The position numbers and the translations under genes were made by a program. A stretch of DNA of 64,000 nucleotides from Alphaproteobacteria bacterium (lineage in GTDB: Bacteria > Pseudomonadota > Alphaproteobacteria > UBA828), in assembly GCA_965220745.1 (NCBI GenBank), contig CBDCQT010000005.1:96001-160000 (forward strand). Direction: 5' to 3'. Shown here in pieces: positions 56,617 through 64,000 of the stretch. Each line of letters begins with the position of its first letter. Within the stretch, counting starts at the first letter, position 1. The notes under the pieces were generated by a model, which did no database searches, had not been told where the DNA came from, and worked only from the letters and a program-made list of their open reading frames with translations.

Positions 56617-59600
56617 TCCGGATTAGCCATACCTACGACGACAAGCGCGTTATCTTCACAGCCGAGGGCGCTATGCCCGGTATGCTTGGCCGCTTGTTCG
56701 GAGGGAACAAAGAATCCGGGAACGTCGATGACTGGGTCGCCGGCGACGCCATCAGATGCAGCGCACTCGGGGCGTTGCGCATGTTTGGCGAAGACCATCC
56801 CAGAACGGTAACTGTCGAGACCGACCGTATGGAGGTCGCCCACATCGCCGTTGCGTCGCTTGACTCAAGCCAGGCACGGGCGCTCGGCCTTCCCGGCCGA
56901 CCTCCCTATGTCTTCACCGCCGATACAAGCGGGGTCATCGGCTCGCCCGCTTTTGCGCTGAACACTCGCTGGCTCGACGCTGGCACCCCGATTCCAGCGC
57001 GTCGGCGTGGTGCGTTTTTGGAAACATCCCGTGGTGTGTACCTCATTCCCGAACCGCTCTATTCCGCTACCGAGCTGGCAGACGGCTTTGACGCGGGTGC
57101 TGTCGATCTGCCGGGCCACTGGGCGGCCCTCGCTGACTTCCGGCGCTTACTAGACCCGGAAGCCGCCGGCGCCGATTCCGCCGCCCTCAGCCGCTTCCTC
57201 CAGGACCTACGCATTTACACGGGCGCAGCGCTCTCCTTAGCGCTCACTGGAACACCTGACGACATGGATTTCGACCCAGTGCTCTATGACGTCGAAACTG
57301 CGAACGACGCCGCAGACGAAGGCCGATCGCTGACCGAGAGCGACGGGATGCTCCAGGAAGAGGAACTTCGAATATTTCAGAAGCATGCGAGAATGGGCTT
57401 TCGTGCATTCGCCGCAGCCAAGAGAAGCTATCTGCTCGGCAGGAACACTTACCTCATCGTCGACGAAGATCTCGAAACCGTCCTTCAGATTGTGCGTGAG
57501 AAGCAGCGGGCGGGACCGGGGGAGCGTAGAGCCTTTGCCGCCAACCCGCGCGCGGTCATCATCGAACGCTTGGCCGAGATATCGCGCGCGCGCGGAGACG
57601 GGACGGGGCGAGCGGAGGAGGATGCCGGCGAAGAAGACGCCGAAGCCCGTGCGGCGGCCTTGTTCATCGAGACGCCAGAATATGCAGATCGAGCGATCGG
57701 AATCGGTTTGTGGGAGAAGCCGCAACTCGAGTTTTTGCCGCACGTGCCGAACGTCTGGCTGCCAGAAACCTTCGCATTGGAACTCGGGGGTGTCTGGGTC
57801 CACCTTGATCAAGAGGCCGTGGTGGACCTGCGAAAAAAGGTCGATCAAGCGATCGAAGAGGGCGAGGCGCATGTGGAGCACAAGGGCCAGCGCATCCCCG
57901 CGACGGCCGAAGTGCAAAAGAAACTATCGGACGCCATCGGGACCGAACGGCCTGGCGGCGAGGACGATGACGGCAAAGACGAAACCGCAAAAGGAAAGCA
58001 AGAGGCGCTCGGGAAGATTGTAGTCAACGTTGAGGAAAATTTCGTCGAGGAGAATTGGCCTGCCGATGACATACCGCAACGCCAGGCATTCATCCAGCCT
58101 GAGCAGTCAAAGAAAATTGGTACAACGCTGCTCCCTCATCAACAAATTGCCCTGGAGTGGCAGATCGCGGCGTGGCGGGCTGGTCTCCCCGGTGTGCTGA
58201 ACGCGGACGATCAAGGGCTAGGAAAAACACTCCAAACGCTCGCCTTTCTCGCCTGGCTGCACGGAAATATGGAGAGGGGGCCGTCAGCAAAACGCAAACC
58301 CGTGCTTGTCGTTGCGCCGACAGGGTTGCTCCGAACCTGGGAACACGAGGAGGAGACTCATCTAACGGGAACCCGGCTCGGCATACGTCTCAGAGCCTAT
58401 GGTCCGAACCTGCTCAACCTCAGATCTTCGGGGCTCTCCGGGCACGATACAGACGACGGAAAACCCCGGCTCGGTTTCGAGGAATTGCGCTCTTCGATCG
58501 ACAAGGGGAGGGGCCACAATTGGTGGCTGTTGACCACTTACGAGACGCTCAAAAACTACCAGCATAGTTTTCGACAAATTGACTTCTCGGTCGTCGTCTT
58601 CGACGAAATTCAGAAGATAAAGAACGTCCAGACCCTGGTTTCTCTCGCCGCGCGAAGCGTTAAGGCCGACTTCCGAATTGGCCTCACCGGAACGCCGATC
58701 GAGAACCATGTCGTCGACCTCTGGGCAATCATGGACGCGGTCGTGCCAGGGCGTCTGGGGACATTAAAGGAGTACATCGAGCGCTACCGGATCGTGACCG
58801 AAACCAACATGCCCGAACTGTACGGTCGTCTGTTCATGGAGGTTAGGAGAGATGATAAACGCTACCCGCCGTGTGCTCAGCGGCGCTTCAAGGACGACGA
58901 AATTGAGGACCTTCCACGTAAGCACTACCGCGCATATCCCACCACAATGCCCGAGGCCCAGGCTCAAGCCTACGAAACCGCAAGGCGTCATCTTTTGGAC
59001 GGCGCGCGCGGTGCAGCGCTTAAACTCTTGCACCATGTCCGCGCGGTCTCGCTCCATCCTGAGCCCCCGGAGACTGCACAAGCCGATATGGAGTCCTACT
59101 CTATCCGCTCGGCACGTTTCGAGGCGGTACGGCGTACGCTCGCAAATATCAGAGAGCGAGGTGAGCGAGCACTTATCTATACGGAGGATCGGCGCATGCA
59201 GGCGTTCGTGGCGCAGTGGCTTCGGTCCGAGTTCGGACTTGATGGTGTCTCGATCATCAACGGTGCAACCTCGATCTCGAAGCGCCAGCGCCATGTGAAA
59301 CGTTTTCAGGAGCACATGGAGGCCGATGGCGGTTTTGACGCGATGGTCCTCTCGCCCCGCGCCGCTGGCGTCGGGCTGACTCTGACTGCCGCAACCCATG
59401 TGATCCATCTCAGCCGTTGGTGGAACCCCGCGGTCGAGGAGCAGTGCAACGATCGCGTCTACCGCATCGGCCAAAAGCGCGACGTGACCGTTCATCTCCC
59501 TCTGGCGATACACCCCGGATACCGGGAACGCTCTTTCGATTGCGTGTTGAACGATTTGATGCGGCGCAAGACCTCGCTCGCACGAGCGGCGCTCTGGCCA

Positions 59601-60053
59601 CCGACTGACAACGACTTCGATTTCAACATGCTAATGGCCGGGATCGGCGGCGCCAAACCCGCAGATCTAGCGGAAGTTGACAATCTTGACTGGCGGGGTT
59701 TTGAGAATTGGATCGTGGACCGGGCCAGGGAGAGCGGCGACTGGAGGGTCTCGGAAACGCCAACGACGGGTGACCGGGGTGCAGACGTCGTCTTGAAACA
59801 CTGCCGGCGACGCGATGCGTCCGCACTGGTGCAGGCGAAGTACACCGACAATCGAGAGCGATTGATCGACGAGAGCGCGGTCCGAGAGGTCATACATTCT
59901 GCGGAGCGATACGATGTCCGCGACCCTCAGCTCGTCGTGATCACCAATGCGCGTGGATTTACCGAACGCGCCCGCAACCTTGCGTTAGAAAACGGCGTCA
60001 CGCTCCTTGAGCGCGACCGTCTCGCGCTTTGGCCGGGCCATACTCTTGGCTGA
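56613..60053 (+). CDS. zorD: Zorya ZorD (SNF2 helicase + Mrr-like nuclease)
   Basis: Helicase motifs ADDQGLGKT, DEIQKIKN, TGTPIEN and WWNPAVEEQ..DRVYRIGQ; C-terminal FE...GDRGAD...VQAK; ATGA overlap with zorC. Confidence 0.92.
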   Translation: MIRISHTYDDKRVIFTAEGAMPGMLGRLFGGNKESGNVDDWVAGDAIRCSALGALRMFGEDHPRTVTVETDRMEVAHIAVASLDSSQARALGLPGRPPYVFTADTSGVIGSPAFALNTRWLDAGTPIPARRRGAFLETSRGVYLIPEPLYSATELADGFDAGAVDLPGHWAALADFRRLLDPEAAGADSAALSRFLQDLRIYTGAALSLALTGTPDDMDFDPVLYDVETANDAADEGRSLTESDGMLQEEELRIFQKHARMGFRAFAAAKRSYLLGRNTYLIVDEDLETVLQIVREKQRAGPGERRAFAANPRAVIIERLAEISRARGDGTGRAEEDAGEEDAEARAAALFIETPEYADRAIGIGLWEKPQLEFLPHVPNVWLPETFALELGGVWVHLDQEAVVDLRKKVDQAIEEGEAHVEHKGQRIPATAEVQKKLSDAIGTERPGGEDDDGKDETAKGKQEALGKIVVNVEENFVEENWPADDIPQRQAFIQPEQSKKIGTTLLPHQQIALEWQIAAWRAGLPGVLNADDQGLGKTLQTLAFLAWLHGNMERGPSAKRKPVLVVAPTGLLRTWEHEEETHLTGTRLGIRLRAYGPNLLNLRSSGLSGHDTDDGKPRLGFEELRSSIDKGRGHNWWLLTTYETLKNYQHSFRQIDFSVVVFDEIQKIKNVQTLVSLAARSVKADFRIGLTGTPIENHVVDLWAIMDAVVPGRLGTLKEYIERYRIVTETNMPELYGRLFMEVRRDDKRYPPCAQRRFKDDEIEDLPRKHYRAYPTTMPEAQAQAYETARRHLLDGARGAALKLLHHVRAVSLHPEPPETAQADMESYSIRSARFEAVRRTLANIRERGERALIYTEDRRMQAFVAQWLRSEFGLDGVSIINGATSISKRQRHVKRFQEHMEADGGFDAMVLSPRAAGVGLTLTAATHVIHLSRWWNPAVEEQCNDRVYRIGQKRDVTVHLPLAIHPGYRERSFDCVLNDLMRRKTSLARAALWPPTDNDFDFNMLMAGIGGAKPADLAEVDNLDWRGFENWIVDRARESGDWRVSETPTTGDRGADVVLKHCRRRDASALVQAKYTDNRERLIDESAVREVIHSAERYDVRDPQLVVITNARGFTERARNLALENGVTLLERDRLALWPGHTLG

Positions 60054-60059
60054 CTAGGG

Positions 60060-60350
60060 GTGTCGTCCAGAGGACCACCAACTCGGGCTTGAGTGGCTAA
60101 GTCGCCGATTTCTAGTTCATTGAGGCAGCTGGTTTCGGTCCCGTCTTTACGGGTAAATGGCACCCGCCAAAAAGATCGGTGAGTATCGAGCAGGCGCAGT
60201 CTTTCGCGTTCCACAAGTGGAAGAAGAACAGATACCTGCGCTGCCCAAACCCGTTCACGAGGGTGGTCGCCTGTTTCCAGAATTCTCGGCCGAGGCAGCA
60301 GCGAACGGAGTGCACGCGCCTGCCACACTCGCGCGTTTGCCCGTCCACGG
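60060..60350 (-). pseudogene. Probable frameshifted remnant of a hypothetical gene
   Basis: Protein-like segment RVWAAQVSVLLPLVERERLRLL...ELEIGDL lacks a clean start and runs into antisense zorD. Confidence 0.35.
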
Positions 60351-60396
60351 TCCGAGCGAACGGTTACCACGGATGTAACGCTTCGCGAACCTCATC

Positions 60397-63300
60397 TCAC
60401 TGCCGGGCTGACCGGTTCGTGCCGGTGGTTCTCGAGGTTGCACCAGACCGGGAGGCGGGCACGGCGGAGATGACGCCACCACCAGTCGGCTCGGCTTCCA
60501 GATGCACTCGAAGGTCTGTAGCGATGGTTTCAGGGACTGGTATCCAGGCCACGCCTGGCTCTCCAAGCTCGTCACCAGCGGTTTCGGAGTCTGACGGGCT
60601 GAGCACTGACCTGTGCCCATCAACAGCGTACTTGCCGCCCATCGTGACGTCGAAGATATGCGCGCGACCGTGCACAACGCGGAATCGATGTTCGTCGTAC
60701 GTGCCTGCAATGTACGGAACAACGACATCAAGAAAACAATCTCCGTTTTCGTTGCTCCGAAGTCGTTCGGTTTTGCTGCCGATGCGATCGACGCGTCCCG
60801 TGCGCTGCTCAAGTGTAGCCGGGTTCCACGGTAAATCGTGATGGATGACGTGACGGCACTCACGATGCAGGTCTATGCCTTCTTGGCCGACAGTTGTGAC
60901 AATCAGAACTTCTGGAACGAGCGGGGAATTAAATCCCATGAAGAGCCGGTCGCGCTCGTAACTTGGGACCGCACCTGTTACTCGGGCAACGACTTCTCGA
61001 TTTCTGCTCGCTTCCTGGTACGCGGACACCTGCTCTTCAAGCCCGACTGCCTTCTGGAGCGTTTCCAGATAAGCGTCGAACCTCGCTCGCGCTGACTCGC
61101 CCGACGCGGGCGCTGAATCGTATCGTCTGTGAATCAGCGACGTCCAGTTGTCATCGACCGTGTCGTCCTCGACATGAGGATCTGCGCTTGGATCATTCAG
61201 AATGAACCGGGCGAGAAAACCAGGGGAACGGACCATGCGACGGAGCATCCGCGCCGCCAACGCTCGCAGTCTCGCGGGAAGACTGGCCAGCGCGGCCGAG
61301 TGGTAGCGGGTAAGCAGACTCGGCACTTCAACGTGTGGTTCGCCCAAATATGGGCCCAATGTCGTTTGACCAGCGCGACCCTCGAGCACCTGCTTCCACG
61401 CGGCAACGTCTTCGGGGTTTGAACGATGGCCGGAATTGTCAATATCTTCATCGTCGGGGAGAGCTTCGACCTCGGCGTCGCGAAGAATTCCCTCGATCAC
61501 CTCGCGGCGGCGGGAATGCCAATCCGGAGCGGAGACCATTTGGATCGACGCTGAGATCGTCTCTTCGAGTTGCAGCGGCTTAAGCACCTTTTCGAGCCAC
61601 TCTAGTCCGTGCGCGGAGTGCTCCCACCGCGACAGCAGAGTCTGTTCCGTCGCAGCAAGCACGCGCCGTCGGTCGAAGCGACTTCGGTCGTGGGGCGGAC
61701 CTGCTCGCGCCAGTCGTTCGGCAATTCTTCTGATGTCATTTTCGCGTATCGTGAATCGGCGTGGGAGGCGCCCATTTGGACCTGCAAAAGGGTGGTCTTG
61801 AAACAAAAGGAAAACAGACTGACGGTAGTTGTACAGCCGTCTCTGGAGATTCTTCAGGCGTGTCTCCAGTTGATCCTCGGTGCAGTCGAACGCTGCTGTC
61901 AAAACGTTAGTTGTGTGCGTGTCGATACGGCTGTTTACGGCCGCCTGAATCGATCCGACGGTTGCGACATTGAAGCAGAAAACCAGTGTCTTATCGCTAT
62001 TGCACCAGGCGTGGAAGGCGCGCTCTGCGGTTACGGAGACTTTCGGGTGCTCATGGGTGTCCCCACTGACCGCGTGCTTGACGAAGCCCAGATAGCGCCT
62101 AGCTTCTTCGTTGTTCCCAGGAAGCATTCGTCGTAGTTCCGCGTCCCTGAAGAAGGCGTACGAGCCCCCGAGGTCTGCCCCTAGGCTTGTCGAGCCCCGT
62201 CCCTTCTTCTGCTCCTGTACCGCTCTCATCATCAGATAGTGAACCAATTCAGCGTCCCCACCGACATCCAGACCTGGCTGTGAACGGAGCGCATTCCGGC
62301 GAACACTGGTCCTGCTCCATTCCGGATCCGCCTCGCGTCCCACCCACCAGGCCCGATGGGAGCTGTCGCGGCGGTGCCGCACCATGAAGGGTCTGAGGTT
62401 CCTACTCAGACAGCTGTGGGCCTCGCGTACATTCAGCAATGCAGAGAGAGTGTTCTGCATTCGCGGCGGCAGCGCGTCAGGACCTTTATTCGCATCAATT
62501 GACGTCCAGGTTCGTTCGAGTTCGTTCACGTCACGGGTGTTGACCTCAGCCCAAAACTCTCTGAGCGACTCTCCCGCAGCTTGAGCAGCCTGAACGTCTG
62601 CGCCGAGAGCGCTGACACACTTGGTCAGGAAGTCGGCACGTTCTGGCGGCAGCTGAATGCAACTCCGCAAATTGAGCACCTGGATGAGCTCGTGCGGTCC
62701 AAGTTGGAAAGGAGTGGCAGATAGGCCCAGCAAACGGTCTATCCGCAGTCCCAGCATGTGTACGAATCTTTGCCAGCTTCTCGGATGATTCTTCCAGTTG
62801 TGTATCTCGTCCACTATCACAAGTGGAACGTGATGAGGCACGGTCTGTCCGATTGCGGCTCGGCAAATTTCACGCAGATCTTTCCAGAATGCCGCGTGCT
62901 TCTGATGCCCCTGTCTGACGCGTCTCCAGGACTCCTCCATCCGTCTGCAAAGCAGGGGGTCTGTTGCTTCAAGCCGACGCCACGCCACACGCAGATGAAC
63001 GTCGTCAAAGCCCACTTTGTCGGCGCTCTTCGCGGCCTCCCATGCGGAAGATGATCGTCTCAAGTCCAATGACTCATGTGTTGCGTAGGACCAGTCGGAC
63101 AGCATTGCCAGTCGGTTGTTCAACGAAAGATCGAAGCCATCCATTCGGAGCAGGGTGTGAATTGCTGCCATGCGCGCAGTGTCCGCTTGATGCAATCTTC
63201 CGGACAACGCGGACATCCGTGCGATCACGAGTGTTGGTCTTCGTTTCCTGAGCGCGCGGGCCAGTTCGTGAGGCGTCGATACGGCTTCCACGTCGAAGCT

Positions 63301-63663
63301 CATGTCGGGCGGGGCCACGAGCTGCAGGAACCGTTCGGCTTCTCGCGCCCATTTCTTGAATAAGGCGTGTGCGTGAGGGGTGATGACCAGCACTGGACCG
63401 GAGGAGAGGCCGGCAGATGAACGCTGGTGAAGGACCGACCAGGCTACGCCCAATGCCACAAAGGTCTTTCCGAGCCCGACTTCGTCGGCAAGCAGAACGA
63501 TCTCCCGTCGGCGTTCGTGATCGGAGTCGTACAGACGCAGCAGTACGGCATCGATGGTACGCTCCTGCCGAGCAGCCGCCGCTTCCACTGCAGAAGAGGA
63601 GGCGTTACCAAGCGCAGAGCGAAGTGAGCAGCACAGGTCAAGTCCATGGGGCCGGACGACCAT
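60397..63663 (-). CDS. Large SF2 (SNF2-like) helicase, probable defence component
   Basis: Motifs LADEVGLGKT, VDEIHN, LSATPFQL, FNSP..PEVL..TTVGQEGIDLH and DLPWNP..LEQRTGRVDR. Confidence 0.9.
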   Translation of the reverse strand: MVVRPHGLDLCCSLRSALGNASSSAVEAAAARQERTIDAVLLRLYDSDHERRREIVLLADEVGLGKTFVALGVAWSVLHQRSSAGLSSGPVLVITPHAHALFKKWAREAERFLQLVAPPDMSFDVEAVSTPHELARALRKRRPTLVIARMSALSGRLHQADTARMAAIHTLLRMDGFDLSLNNRLAMLSDWSYATHESLDLRRSSSAWEAAKSADKVGFDDVHLRVAWRRLEATDPLLCRRMEESWRRVRQGHQKHAAFWKDLREICRAAIGQTVPHHVPLVIVDEIHNWKNHPRSWQRFVHMLGLRIDRLLGLSATPFQLGPHELIQVLNLRSCIQLPPERADFLTKCVSALGADVQAAQAAGESLREFWAEVNTRDVNELERTWTSIDANKGPDALPPRMQNTLSALLNVREAHSCLSRNLRPFMVRHRRDSSHRAWWVGREADPEWSRTSVRRNALRSQPGLDVGGDAELVHYLMMRAVQEQKKGRGSTSLGADLGGSYAFFRDAELRRMLPGNNEEARRYLGFVKHAVSGDTHEHPKVSVTAERAFHAWCNSDKTLVFCFNVATVGSIQAAVNSRIDTHTTNVLTAAFDCTEDQLETRLKNLQRRLYNYRQSVFLLFQDHPFAGPNGRLPRRFTIRENDIRRIAERLARAGPPHDRSRFDRRRVLAATEQTLLSRWEHSAHGLEWLEKVLKPLQLEETISASIQMVSAPDWHSRRREVIEGILRDAEVEALPDDEDIDNSGHRSNPEDVAAWKQVLEGRAGQTTLGPYLGEPHVEVPSLLTRYHSAALASLPARLRALAARMLRRMVRSPGFLARFILNDPSADPHVEDDTVDDNWTSLIHRRYDSAPASGESARARFDAYLETLQKAVGLEEQVSAYQEASRNREVVARVTGAVPSYERDRLFMGFNSPLVPEVLIVTTVGQEGIDLHRECRHVIHHDLPWNPATLEQRTGRVDRIGSKTERLRSNENGDCFLDVVVPYIAGTYDEHRFRVVHGRAHIFDVTMGGKYAVDGHRSVLSPSDSETAGDELGEPGVAWIPVPETIATDLRVHLEAEPTGGGVISAVPASRSGATSRTTGTNRSARQ

Positions 63664-63668
63664 GGCTG

Positions 63669-64000
63669 CTACCGGTCCACATCCAGGTATGCGGAAACAA
63701 CCTCCGTGCGGTCGGTCGGTGAAAGCCCGGCAATCAATTCACTGAGCACAGAGGCGACCTCCGCAATTGCCTCATCTCGTAAAGTGTCGGTGATGCAGTC
63801 TGGCAACTCCGGAAGAACTACGGTCTGAAGCAGGCGCTGCAGTTCTGCAACCTGAAATGCTGTTGCAATTGCTGTCTTGGAAGGTCTGCCCGGTTGCGGA
63901 TCGTGATAGGCGCGCAACGCTTCGCGCGCCAGAGCAACGGGTGACCGATGTCCGAGCAGCGCAGCACGCAGTCCCGTCTCGGTCATTCCGGCGTCGGCCA
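63669..64000 (-). CDS. 3' end of the upstream operon partner of the helicase (probably partial)
   Basis: The frame is open to the window edge (..ADAGMTETGL..) and stops 5 nt before the helicase ATG. Confidence 0.65.
   Translation of the reverse strand, partial: ADAGMTETGLRAALLGHRSPVALAREALRAYHDPQPGRPSKTAIATAFQVAELQRLLQTVVLPELPDCITDTLRDEAIAEVASVLSELIAGLSPTDRTEVVSAYLDVDR

Larger units (their letters stand above)
32341..64000. mobile_element. Integrative genomic island (right end outside the window)
   Basis: Starts at a truncated gene followed by tandem integrases. Contains several gene remnants and defence genes, and much of it is visibly more AT-rich than the left half. Confidence 0.7.

Noticed and set aside
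60054-60075. CTAG-GGGTGTCGTCC after the zorD stop as a possible IS5-like end
   Set aside because: No partner inverted repeat or transposase was found in the window.

Overview
GC-rich bacterial DNA, probably alphaproteobacterial (inferred from gene content). It has two halves. Left (1-32340), a mostly minus-strand catabolic region: a purine-degradation operon (uraH-xdhABC plus an ABC ATPase); an N-heterocycle-type cluster (Rieske oxygenase, NicX-like ring-cleavage dioxygenase, TorT-like ABC importer, amidohydrolase); and a second cluster (hydantoinase/oxoprolinase A+B, two ThDP enzymes, CUT1 ABC importer, Zn-ADH, SnoaL-like and LarA-like proteins). Right (about 32341 to the window end), a mosaic genomic island that begins where a PhyH-family dioxygenase gene is cut off. 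It carries two tandem intact tyrosine integrases, a broken Fic gene and a 92-bp TG...CA mini-element. It also carries a co-regulated sugar-catabolism cassette (GMC oxidoreductase, glucose-type ABC importer, XRE regulator, IolD-like ThDP enzyme, AUDH-like cupin) with a conserved promoter motif in three copies. The island ends in a defence block: an exonuclease-RecQ-UvrD double-helicase fusion, a complete type I Zorya operon with an elongated ZorB, and a convergent SF2 helicase operon that runs off the edge. The best candidates for undescribed systems are the sugar cassette, the paired-integrase module, the double-helicase fusion and the TorT/NicX/Rieske cluster. No rRNA, tRNA or CRISPR array was recognised. 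All family calls come from motif recognition by eye; no searches were run.
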